NCBI GenBank assembly: GCA_019057375.1 | Contig: DXJF01000050.1 | Location: 72,895 to 136,894 of the forward strand | DNA from: Candidatus Heimdallarchaeota archaeon | Lineage (GTDB): Archaea > Asgardarchaeota > Heimdallarchaeia > Heimdallarchaeales > Heimdallarchaeaceae | DNA length: 64,000 bases | Direction of reading: 5' to 3' | Shown: positions 29,834-38,827 of the stretch, piece after piece | Position numbering within the stretch: position 1 is the first letter of the stretch | Layout: each line of letters starts with the position of its first letter | Made by a program: the position numbers and the translations under genes | The notes under the pieces: generated by a model | The model's database searches: none | What the model was told of the DNA's origin: nothing | The model's input: only the letters and a program-made list of their open reading frames with translations

Positions 29834-31720
29834 ATGTCTGATAAGCACACCCTTACTGATTTTGAGGAATTCTTCGATACTACGCCCATGTCTATTATTA
29901 TCGTTCAGGACATTCACAACATTGTTTATGCTAATCGATCTTTTCTTACTACTACTGGTTATAATTTCAAAGACTTAGAAGATATTACCCTTATCGATCT
30001 TATTCATGAAGATGATCGTCCTATAGTTCAAGAGCGAATGAAGATTCTTGAATCAGGTGGTAAACCTGATGATTCCATGCAAGTCCGTATAGTTCGAAAA
30101 GATGATTCTGTTGCCCTTTCTAGGATTTTTGCTTATGATATTAATTTCAATGATAAGCCTTCTAGAATCATAGCAGGAGTGAATATCAGCGCTGAACCGC
30201 TTATTGAACAGTCTTCTGAGCTTGTTTCTTCAGTACTCCAAACTCTTACTACACACAGTGAACTTGGATTTTGGGTTGATGATATTAATGATCACACTGT
30301 TTTCATTAATGATCGAATGTGTGAGTATCTTGGTTATACACTTGAAGAAATAAGTACTCGTTCTGTAACAGACTTCTTCCATCCTGATTCACAGGAGCTC
30401 TATTATCAGGTTTTAAAGGAAAGAACTGAAGGGCACTTAACCGCTAGCTCCTATGAGCTCGTTTTAATAAACAAAGAAGGACGTCCTAATACTTATCGAG
30501 TCATTGGCTCTTTGTTATATGATAGATTTGGATCCTCAATTGGTTCAGTTGGTTTTTTCACTAATATTGAAGCAACTAAGAAGCTTTCTCTAACCGTTTC
30601 TGTTCTTAACAAATATGCTCTTTTCTCTAGATTTAAAGATTTATCCACATTCTGGAAAAATGTTTTACATGATTTATCAGATATTTATTATGCAGATGGA
30701 GGTATGATCTTTTTAGACGGAGAAGTGTTAGCAAAACAAGGAGACTTTGCTAATAACTTTAATCCTCAAGATATCCTAGAAGATATAGCTAAGAAAGGAG
30801 AAAACATTATCCATTGTCGAGGTAATTGCAAACATATATCCAAAGAAACTAATTCTGCTGTTATCTCAGTTTTACATTTAAATCAACTTCCTGCAGGATT
30901 TATACTGTTATCTTCTAACATAGAAAATCTATTCTACCCAGAAGATCTTGATCTAATTTTAGCATTCAGCAGTCAAATCTCACTTAATTATGAACATCAC
31001 TTTTTATATCTTCAAAGTGAGGAAGAGAGAGAATTTGTTTCAGTACTTTTAGATATACTCTCACATGATTTTCTCAATGCAAATACTTCTGTACACGGTT
31101 ATCTTGAATTGTTGGATCAATATGTTGATTCAGAGGATAGGGAGAGGTTTAAAAGTTACATTAAAAGAAGCATGAGTGTTGTTGAAAGAAGTGAAAGAAT
31201 TCTTCAAACTGTTCAACAGTTAACAAAAATTCAGAAAGAAAGAAAAACTAGAAAGACAGTAATTGTTAGACCATTATTAGACAATGCTATTGATGTTCAG
31301 AAATCGATGTTTTATGATAAAACAGTAGATGTCAAAGTTACTACTATTAAGAATCTCAAAGTAATTACAGGAGATTTACTACAAAATGTATTTGAAAACA
31401 TTATAAACAATGGAATTAAGTACACTAATGATAAAGAAGTACAACTAGACATTGAATGTAAAGTAGTACAAGAAGAAGATGAAGAAAGAGTTGAAATAAA
31501 ATTCATTGATTATGGGGTGGGAATTCCTGATGAAGATAAGCCATTATTCTTCAAAAGACTATCAAGAGGAGATAACCGTTTTCAATCAGGTTCTGGTTTA
31601 GGACTATACATGGCGAGAGTTCTTATTAATTCATACAATGGTACCATTCGTTTTGAAAACAGGATACAAGATGATTATACCAAGGGATCAGCTGTAATAA
31701 TAACACTTCCAAGAGGTTAA
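29834..31720 (+). CDS. Sensor histidine kinase (2 PAS + GAF-like + HisKA/HATPase)
   Basis: H-box LSHDFLN, N-box ENIINNGIKY, G1 DYGVGI, G2 GSGLGL. Confidence 0.92.
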   Translation: MSDKHTLTDFEEFFDTTPMSIIIVQDIHNIVYANRSFLTTTGYNFKDLEDITLIDLIHEDDRPIVQERMKILESGGKPDDSMQVRIVRKDDSVALSRIFAYDINFNDKPSRIIAGVNISAEPLIEQSSELVSSVLQTLTTHSELGFWVDDINDHTVFINDRMCEYLGYTLEEISTRSVTDFFHPDSQELYYQVLKERTEGHLTASSYELVLINKEGRPNTYRVIGSLLYDRFGSSIGSVGFFTNIEATKKLSLTVSVLNKYALFSRFKDLSTFWKNVLHDLSDIYYADGGMIFLDGEVLAKQGDFANNFNPQDILEDIAKKGENIIHCRGNCKHISKETNSAVISVLHLNQLPAGFILLSSNIENLFYPEDLDLILAFSSQISLNYEHHFLYLQSEEEREFVSVLLDILSHDFLNANTSVHGYLELLDQYVDSEDRERFKSYIKRSMSVVERSERILQTVQQLTKIQKERKTRKTVIVRPLLDNAIDVQKSMFYDKTVDVKVTTIKNLKVITGDLLQNVFENIINNGIKYTNDKEVQLDIECKVVQEEDEERVEIKFIDYGVGIPDEDKPLFFKRLSRGDNRFQSGSGLGLYMARVLINSYNGTIRFENRIQDDYTKGSAVIITLPRG

Positions 31721-31724
31721 AGAA

Positions 31725-32090
31725 ATGGCAACAATATTTATAATAGATGATGAAGAAACCATCCAATTTCTTTACAAAGAAGGATTATCTCTTGAAGGAC
31801 ACAAGATTATAGGAACTGCACATGATGGTTCAAAAGCTATTGAAGACATTAATAAATTAAAAAAATATCCTGATATTATTATCCTTGATCACAGAATGCC
31901 AATTAAAAATGGTTTGGACACATTGAAAGAGATGAAACGGTATAAGATTATAGCAAAATCCAAAATTCTTTTTATTACTGCAGATCCTACAGTCAGAGAA
32001 GAAGCTAGTAAACTCGGAGTTACTTCTTTTATTCAAAAACCATTTAGTATTATAAAATTAGGTAAGATGATTAGTGAGATTGTTAAATAA
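31725..32090 (+). CDS. Stand-alone response regulator receiver
   Basis: IIDDEE, LDHRMP (phosphoacceptor Asp), ITA, QKPF; 4 nt after the kinase. Confidence 0.92.
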   Translation: MATIFIIDDEETIQFLYKEGLSLEGHKIIGTAHDGSKAIEDINKLKKYPDIIILDHRMPIKNGLDTLKEMKRYKIIAKSKILFITADPTVREEASKLGVTSFIQKPFSIIKLGKMISEIVK

Positions 32091-32177
32091 CTTACCTGAC
32101 TATTTTGTCTGTTTTTACTACATTTGATAAAAGAACAATATTTTTATTTCATAACTATTTGTAATAGGTGAGGAAAG

Positions 32178-33164
32178 ATGTTATTATTAGGTCCTACAGA
32201 AGATATAGAAGAAGAGGAAGAACAGAGAGAAGGTCCTGTTGAAAAAGATCTAGGGATAATTGGACTTGGTCCTGCAGGTTTAACTGCAGCACTCTATGCA
32301 TCTAGAGCAGGTTTGTCAGTAGTTGAAGTAGGTCTAGATTATGGAGGACAAATGGGTTTAGCTATGGAGATAGAAAATTACCCAGGGTTCGAAATGATTA
32401 CTGGGATTGAACTTGCAGATAAGATGAAAGCTCAAGCTGAAAAATTTGGAACAAAAGTAGTCTTTGGAGAAGTTTCTACTGTAGAAAAACTAGAAGACGG
32501 TAAATTCTTTATTAAGAGTGATATGGGGGATTTTATTGTTAAAGCCCTGATTCTTGCAACAGGAGGTAGGCATAGAGAACTAGAAGTTCCTGGAGAGAAG
32601 GAGTTTATTGGTAGAGGAGTTTCTTACTGTGCAACATGTGATGCAGCTTTCTTTAAAGAAAAAACTGTCATTGTTGTTGGATCAGGAGATGCTGCAGCAA
32701 CAGGAACATTAGCTCTAAGTGATGTTGGAGCAAAGATGACCTATTGGGTTTCAAGATCAGATTATCTCAAATGTGAGAAAATCTATATTGACAGAGCAAA
32801 AGAACGCAGTAATATAGCTATTCTTTACAAAAAGCAAGTCACTGAAATAAAAGGTACTAACACAGTAGAAGAAGTTCTTTTTAGTGATGGAACTTCTCTG
32901 AAAGTTGATGGTATTTTCGCTGAAATCGGAGCTATCCCAAACATCGAACTAGCAGAATCTCTAGCGTGTGAAATCGAAGATGGTTTAATCAAGATTGATG
33001 ATGGCTGTGGTACAAACATTGCTGGAGTGTTTTCTGCAGGTGATGTGACAAGTAAAATAGTTAATCCACTTATGAGACAGATTACTACATCAACAGGTTT
33101 AGGTACAATTGCAGCTCTTAGTGCAGCAGAATATTTACAAGGCTTAAAAACCAAACAAAACTAA
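32178..33164 (+). CDS. trxB: Thioredoxin reductase-like FAD oxidoreductase
   Basis: GLGPAGLTAA, ENYPGF, GRGVSYCATCD, SAGDVT; SD GGTGAGG. Confidence 0.88.
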   Translation: MLLLGPTEDIEEEEEQREGPVEKDLGIIGLGPAGLTAALYASRAGLSVVEVGLDYGGQMGLAMEIENYPGFEMITGIELADKMKAQAEKFGTKVVFGEVSTVEKLEDGKFFIKSDMGDFIVKALILATGGRHRELEVPGEKEFIGRGVSYCATCDAAFFKEKTVIVVGSGDAAATGTLALSDVGAKMTYWVSRSDYLKCEKIYIDRAKERSNIAILYKKQVTEIKGTNTVEEVLFSDGTSLKVDGIFAEIGAIPNIELAESLACEIEDGLIKIDDGCGTNIAGVFSAGDVTSKIVNPLMRQITTSTGLGTIAALSAAEYLQGLKTKQN

Positions 33165-33208
33165 AAAAATGTTGGAAGAAAGACATTTATCTTTCTCTTT
33201 TTAAATTT

Positions 33209-34633
33209 TTAATCAAGCTTTTTGTTTTCCTTGTAAATGTCTTGAAGCACGTTTACTTTTTTTCTATTAAGAGGATAAATTAACAAGAAGATGACTCCTA
33301 ATATTAAAGCTCCAGCTGGGAACCAAGAGACAAGTGATTTTAATCCAGTAATTGGAGGATTGTTAACATCAGCGGCTGAAAATATGTTATAATCTGTTCC
33401 TGCAAGAATTATAAACATAGATATAATTGCTAAAATGGATGATAATCGAATTATTAAAGCATGAACACCGAAAAAAGAAGCTTCTCTTCTTTGACCTGTC
33501 TTCAATTCATCATCATCTGCTATGTTGGATATATGTCTATCTATGAAATATGGAGAACCACCAAGTCCAATACCGTTCAAAGCCATGATTCCTAAAGCAA
33601 CAAAATAATTGTTTACAAAGAACATTGGAATCAATACAACAATCCAGAAAATCTGTGATAAAAGGAAACCAACTTTACTACCAAGTTTGTTGTCTACTTT
33701 TGACCAAATTATAACTCCTAGACCTGAGAAAAGAAAAGCAACTAACAGAAGTAATGCTGCAAAGATACTAGTATTATCACCCATCCATGGTTGTTCAAGT
33801 ATAAATTTGTGATAAATGTTCATAACCATTGGGAAAAGAGCAAAAACATACCAGTTCATCATAGAACAAAGCACAAAGATAACAAACCGCCAATTTTTCA
33901 ATGTAATCCAAATTGATTTGAAAACTCCAGTAGTTTCTCTAGTTTCCAATTCTTCTAGTGGAGGCTCTTTTACACCCCATTTGATATTAATCCAAGCTGT
34001 TATGAAGATTATAACTCCAAGAACTGCTCCTGCAATCCAATATTTGTATAAGTTATTGGAATCTGATAAATCTCCCACAATGAAAGTTGGTAATCCCATA
34101 GCCAAAACTAACCCAAGAATCATCATGATTCTTCTTCCAGCACCTGCTTCTTCTCTTTCTTTGTTAGTTCTGAACATTTCAGGATAAAGAGAAGTTCTAT
34201 TCAATGAGAAAGCTGTATAGATTGTATCAAATAAACAGATTATCACAAAGAAGTATATTGAAACCCAAACTGGGTTCTGAGCATAAGTGGTAAATGGTGT
34301 GAAAAGAAAGAACATAATAATTGACAAAGGAACCCAAGCAGCTATCATCCAAGGTCTTCTTCGTCCCCCTCCAAATCTTTTTGTTCTTGTTTTATCAGAT
34401 ATACCTCCAAGAATTGGATCATTAAATGCATTATATATTGACCAAAGTGCATAAAGTAGAGTTATATAGAAAATATCCATGTCTACTACAAAATAATAGA
34501 AATTGAATATTAGAAATGAAAATCCCTGATAAGCAACTGCATCTGTGATTTCTCCTGTTGCAAAAGCTAAGTTAAATTTTAAAGGAACAGCTCTTTTAGA
34601 TTTAGATTTTTCTTGTTCCATAGATTGCATCAT
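33209..34633 (-). CDS. MFS transporter, GPH (glycoside-pentoside-hexuronide) family
   Basis: NAFNDPILGGISDKTRTKRFGGGRRRPW, GQRREASFFG. Confidence 0.88.
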   Translation of the reverse strand: MMQSMEQEKSKSKRAVPLKFNLAFATGEITDAVAYQGFSFLIFNFYYFVVDMDIFYITLLYALWSIYNAFNDPILGGISDKTRTKRFGGGRRRPWMIAAWVPLSIIMFFLFTPFTTYAQNPVWVSIYFFVIICLFDTIYTAFSLNRTSLYPEMFRTNKEREEAGAGRRIMMILGLVLAMGLPTFIVGDLSDSNNLYKYWIAGAVLGVIIFITAWINIKWGVKEPPLEELETRETTGVFKSIWITLKNWRFVIFVLCSMMNWYVFALFPMVMNIYHKFILEQPWMGDNTSIFAALLLLVAFLFSGLGVIIWSKVDNKLGSKVGFLLSQIFWIVVLIPMFFVNNYFVALGIMALNGIGLGGSPYFIDRHISNIADDDELKTGQRREASFFGVHALIIRLSSILAIISMFIILAGTDYNIFSAADVNNPPITGLKSLVSWFPAGALILGVIFLLIYPLNRKKVNVLQDIYKENKKLD

Positions 34634-34740
34634 GACTGTGCTTAAATAAAAACTTTATCGCAAAGAATCGAAAAACTAGGAAGAATGGTATCTAAGACAA
34701 ATCTTCTCCTTCTTTCTGTTCTAGAAACTTTTCTCTTCTT

Positions 34741-35568
34741 TTAGTCAGATAGCTCTTTCAGAGTCATACCTTGCTTTTCAAGCATCTCTAAAAGCCCATC
34801 AAACAATTGTACTTGAAAATGTAAAGCTACAGGATGTTTAATATTTATTAAAACACTGCTAAAATCATCAATTGGTGGAAGCAACATATTCATAGATGAA
34901 CAGGATTTCTTCTCAAAATCAACATCTGTATAAAACATTGTTGGCTTTTTTGCTAATAACCCGCTAAATCCATCTGTACTCATCAATTTCTTTATTGGAG
35001 GAATTTTGAGAAGTTTCTCATTTGCTGTAAGTTGCAGAAGTTCTATTCTAGGATTTTCTTTTCGATAATCATTAAATAAGCTGAGAATAAGCTCTTCATC
35101 AATTTCGTTTACTATGACAATTATGATATTCTTTTGTACTTTATCCACGACTGTTTTTAATCCAGCAAAGACAGTTTTTTTACCCTCATAATAAGAGAAT
35201 AGATCCTCAACTTGTCTCTCTTTTTCCTTTTCCTTCACATCTTTAAAGTAGTTATTTGCTGCTTTTATTTTTGTATAGATTTCATTTTCAAGTGTTTCCA
35301 TCACTATTTCATATGGTACAGCTGTAAAAGTATCAGGTGTTCCTTCTTTCTCTTGTCTTGTTACAAAAGTACGTTTGACTAAGTCTTTCAAATAACCATA
35401 TACCTTTGGTTGTAGAACACCTGCTTCACTTGCTATCGTAGATGCATGTGTAGGACCTTCACCTACTAACCAAGTATAAATCTTAGCTTCTCCTAATGAC
35501 AATTCTAAGCTCGTTAAAGCCTTAATAGCTTTTTCCCTGGAGAATGAAGAGGAGGTTGTTTTATTCAT
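34741..35568 (-). CDS. TrmB-family transcriptional regulator
   Basis: LELSLGEAKIYTWL...ASTIASEAGVLQPKVYGYLKDL wHTH followed by an effector domain. Confidence 0.85.
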   Translation of the reverse strand: MNKTTSSSFSREKAIKALTSLELSLGEAKIYTWLVGEGPTHASTIASEAGVLQPKVYGYLKDLVKRTFVTRQEKEGTPDTFTAVPYEIVMETLENEIYTKIKAANNYFKDVKEKEKERQVEDLFSYYEGKKTVFAGLKTVVDKVQKNIIIVIVNEIDEELILSLFNDYRKENPRIELLQLTANEKLLKIPPIKKLMSTDGFSGLLAKKPTMFYTDVDFEKKSCSSMNMLLPPIDDFSSVLINIKHPVALHFQVQLFDGLLEMLEKQGMTLKELSD

Positions 35569-35577
35569 AAATTAACC

Positions 35578-36738
35578 TCAATCTCTCATCCTATTTCTAA
35601 CAGAAATTACTGCTAGAACAAAGAAAATCAAACACATGCCACCAACCACTAGGAAATCTACCCATAGTTCTTTGAAACCCCATCCTTTTAACATAATTCC
35701 TTCAAATAAATTAATTCCATATGTTAAAGGTACTATATATGAAACAGGTTGGAGCCAAACAGGAAGACCAACAACTGGGATTAACAGGCCACCTAAAGCC
35801 ATACTAGGAATAGCTGTTAATGGTGCAAATTGTATTGCTTGTAATTCATTTTGAGCAAAGTTCGCTAGAAAGACAGACATGAATACATGGGCTAATCCAA
35901 AGAGCAAAGCTGCAAAAATCAATAAGAACGCATTTCCTCTAACTTTAGCTCCGAATACGAAGATTCCAAATATCAAAATAATTGCTACCATAATCGTAGC
36001 TATAAGAAGTAATCCTATTACATATCCTAGCAATCTTTCTGATGATTTCAATGGAGTTGCAAACAGACGATCTTGTGTTCCTTGAATCTTTTCACGAGTA
36101 ACTGTAATAACTCCTACTATAACTAGCAAAAAAATAAGTTCGAATGCTATTATCGCAGGAATTCCTACATCTAATCCAGTAAATTCAGCACCATCATGAG
36201 CTAATGTTTGAACAAGATTAATTCCTTTATCTCCTATCGATTCCTCCATAGCTTCTCGAACAGCACCTAATACACTAGCTCTGACTGTTGGGCTCGTTGC
36301 ATCAATGTAGACATAGAAACTTGGAGTGACATTCCCGAATGCTAACATATGGGCAATGGATTGAGAAAAATTAGCAGGTATAAGAATAGATGCATAGGAT
36401 TTTCCCTTCTCAACTAAATCAATTCCGGAGACATATGTATCATAAGTAATTGTAACTCTATTATCTCCTTCAAGCACGGTAGTAATATTAGAACCCAGGT
36501 TGATTCCAGAATAAAGCACATCATTGTTTTCAATGATTATTGGAACATTATTCACTTCTCCACTAAGAGCTAAGCCAAACACTAACATTGTAATAACAGG
36601 AACTATTGTCAGTAGAACTAGAGTTCTACGATCTCTTCTAAATTGATTAATTGTCTTAAAAGCAATTGCTAGAGTTCTCTGCAAGGAGAAAGTAGGATTC
36701 TTGGGTTTGAATTCCATTTCCTTTTTCTTATTCATCAA
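35578..36738 (-). CDS. ABC-2 type transporter permease
   Basis: RRDRRTL, VTREKIQGT, LFATPL, IVPLTYG; six TM segments. Confidence 0.9.
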   Translation of the reverse strand: MMNKKKEMEFKPKNPTFSLQRTLAIAFKTINQFRRDRRTLVLLTIVPVITMLVFGLALSGEVNNVPIIIENNDVLYSGINLGSNITTVLEGDNRVTITYDTYVSGIDLVEKGKSYASILIPANFSQSIAHMLAFGNVTPSFYVYIDATSPTVRASVLGAVREAMEESIGDKGINLVQTLAHDGAEFTGLDVGIPAIIAFELIFLLVIVGVITVTREKIQGTQDRLFATPLKSSERLLGYVIGLLLIATIMVAIILIFGIFVFGAKVRGNAFLLIFAALLFGLAHVFMSVFLANFAQNELQAIQFAPLTAIPSMALGGLLIPVVGLPVWLQPVSYIVPLTYGINLFEGIMLKGWGFKELWVDFLVVGGMCLIFFVLAVISVRNRMRD

Positions 36739-37483
36739 CAATCACTCCTTCACTTAATTTAATGAAAATCTCTTCTATTGTGCTTGAATTATGCTCTTTC
36801 TTTAACTGGTCTGGAGTTCCTTCAGCAATTAATTTTCCAGCTCTCATCAACCCAATTCGGTCAGCTTTCTCTGCTTCATCCATCACATGAGAAGTTAAAA
36901 CTAGAGTAACACCATTTTTCTTTAGAGATCTAAAATATTCCCAGAAAAACGTTCGAAGGACAGGATCAACTCCGACTGTTGCTTCATCGAAGAATACTAT
37001 CTTTGGGGAATGAATTAAAGCACAAGCTATACTAGCTCTTCTCTTCATTCCACCAGAAAGATTCTTAGCTAGAGCTTTTCTTTTTTCTTCCAGACGCAAA
37101 ATTTGCATAAGTTCATTATATTTTGGTACAAATTCTGCTTTCTTCATTCCATATAATCTAGCAAAAAAACGTACATTTTCTTCTAGGTTTAGATCATAGT
37201 AGATAGAGTAATCTTGAGGAGCAACACCGATATAATTTGTAATCAATCGTCTATTCTTTGGTATTTCTTGACCTAAAACTTTGATTAATCCAGATGTTGG
37301 AAAAAGAGCTCCAGTAATCATGTTTAAAGAAGTTGTCTTGCCACTACCATTTGCACCTATTAAAGCATAAATCTCTCCTTTTTTTATCTTCAAGTTTAAG
37401 CCATTTACAGCTTTCACTTTTCCTGTCTTGTAGATTTTTACAAGATCTTGAGTTTCAATTACGTATTCACTCTCAACTGTCAA
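36728..37483 (-). CDS. ABC transporter ATP-binding protein
   Basis: Walker A GANGSGKTT, signature LSGGMKRR, Walker B FFDEAT, H-loop TSH; TTG start with SD GGTGA. Confidence 0.95.
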   Translation of the reverse strand: MTVESEYVIETQDLVKIYKTGKVKAVNGLNLKIKKGEIYALIGANGSGKTTSLNMITGALFPTSGLIKVLGQEIPKNRRLITNYIGVAPQDYSIYYDLNLEENVRFFARLYGMKKAEFVPKYNELMQILRLEEKRKALAKNLSGGMKRRASIACALIHSPKIVFFDEATVGVDPVLRTFFWEYFRSLKKNGVTLVLTSHVMDEAEKADRIGLMRAGKLIAEGTPDQLKKEHNSSTIEEIFIKLSEGVIVDE

Positions 37484-37503
37484 TTTATCACCTAAACAAT
37501 CAT

Positions 37504-37645
37504 TACTACATCAAGTTAGTTAATTCAAACTAATAAATGTTTCGTGTGCTACTCCCGAAGGTAGTAGTGAAAAATGTTAGAATTGTTTAATATTTCATTT
37601 GATGAAATCTGAGAATCATCTCAGTAAATGTTTCGTTTCACACGA
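37504..37645 (-). ncRNA. Candidate structured cis-regulatory RNA in the ABC operon leader
   Basis: Hairpins 37549-37567 (cUUCGg loop on minus strand), 37592-37608, 37609-37624, 37516-37533; long-range 7-bp stem 37542-37548/37639-37645. Confidence 0.45.
37534..37636. repeat. 12-bp direct repeat TAAATGTTTCGT (37534-37545 and 37625-37636)
   Basis: Two exact copies 91 bp apart in the divergent intergenic region. Confidence 0.85.
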
Positions 37646-37697
37646 CTTTTCATAATATAGAAATTTCAAATATTCATCTGTATAGGAGGTTATCCAT

Positions 37698-38780
37698 ATC
37701 TTTGCAATTGGGACTAACTTATTTATTTGGTTGAAACTGTTGTTTGAGAACAAACTAGATATTTCATGGAAAAAACTTCCTCATGTTTTTGTAATAACTT
37801 TTATAATTATACTTTTTACACCTCTTGCTATAATTGAAAGATTGCTTGTTTGGCGAAAACTAGGTGAAGTTGAACTGAAACATCAGCCAATATTCATACT
37901 TGGACATTGGCGCCAAGGAACAACATTTCTACATGAACTCTTTAACTGTAATCCAGAATATGAATTTATGACACTATTTGAGAGTGTGTTTCCTAATCAC
38001 TTTCTCTATTCTTCCGAGTTTTTAAGATGGTTTCTTAATCTTTTTCTTCCCGAAACAAGACCTCAAGATGACTTGAAAATTACTGCGGATTTACCTAGTG
38101 AACATGATTTTGCAATCGCTAACCTAAGCTCTATGTCACCCTATTCCGGAGCATATTTTCCTAATAACCAGGATGCTTACAACAAGTATGTTACTCTTGA
38201 GGGATTATCTGAAAAACAAATTGAGAAAATAAAAAGCAGTTTCAGATATATGATGAAAAAATTGATAGTTAAGAAAAAATACAAAAGATTAGTTCTAAAA
38301 AGTCCTGTTGATACTGCTCGGGTTGGATTCCTGTTGGAGCTGTTTCCAGACGCGAAATATGTTCATATTGCTCGTAATCCCTACGAAGTTTACTACTCAA
38401 CAAAAAGAATGCACCAGAAATTAGTTCCTATTTTTCAGCTTCAAGAGGGATATCCAGATCTGGATAAATTTGTTCTTGAAATATTTGAAGGGATGTATAC
38501 TAAGTTCTATAATGAAGTAGATTTAATACCCAAAGAAAATTTCATCGAAATTAGATATGAAGAGTTCATAGCAAATCCAGTAGATGAAATGGAAAAAATA
38601 TATGATTCTTTATCACTACCAGGATTTAATGAAGCTAAACCACATATAGAGAATTATATTGAAAGAAATAAGAATTACACTCCAAGTAAATACAAAATTC
38701 CTCTTGAAGAAAAGAAACGAATTTTCACACGATGGCAAAGTATTTTCGAAAAGATGAAATATGGAAAAGCGTTTATCTAA
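37698..38780 (+). CDS. Sulfotransferase family protein (PAPS-dependent), paralog 1
   Basis: GHWRQGTT PAPS motif, RPQDD, LKSP, HIARNPY; N-terminal similarity to paralog 2 and SD AGGAGGT put the start at ATC 37698 (ORF track uses TTG 37731). Confidence 0.88.
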   Translation: MFAIGTNLFIWLKLLFENKLDISWKKLPHVFVITFIIILFTPLAIIERLLVWRKLGEVELKHQPIFILGHWRQGTTFLHELFNCNPEYEFMTLFESVFPNHFLYSSEFLRWFLNLFLPETRPQDDLKITADLPSEHDFAIANLSSMSPYSGAYFPNNQDAYNKYVTLEGLSEKQIEKIKSSFRYMMKKLIVKKKYKRLVLKSPVDTARVGFLLELFPDAKYVHIARNPYEVYYSTKRMHQKLVPIFQLQEGYPDLDKFVLEIFEGMYTKFYNEVDLIPKENFIEIRYEEFIANPVDEMEKIYDSLSLPGFNEAKPHIENYIERNKNYTPSKYKIPLEEKKRIFTRWQSIFEKMKYGKAFI

Positions 38781-38827
38781 AATTTAATAAGGTTTAGAAA
38801 GTAACTTAGTATTTGTAGGTTTTTACA

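Noticed and set aside
37590-37645. Hammerhead ribozyme or TPP riboswitch match (CTGAGA, CGAAA elements)
   Set aside because: No CUGAUGA core with correct stem order, and the other TPP consensus elements are missing
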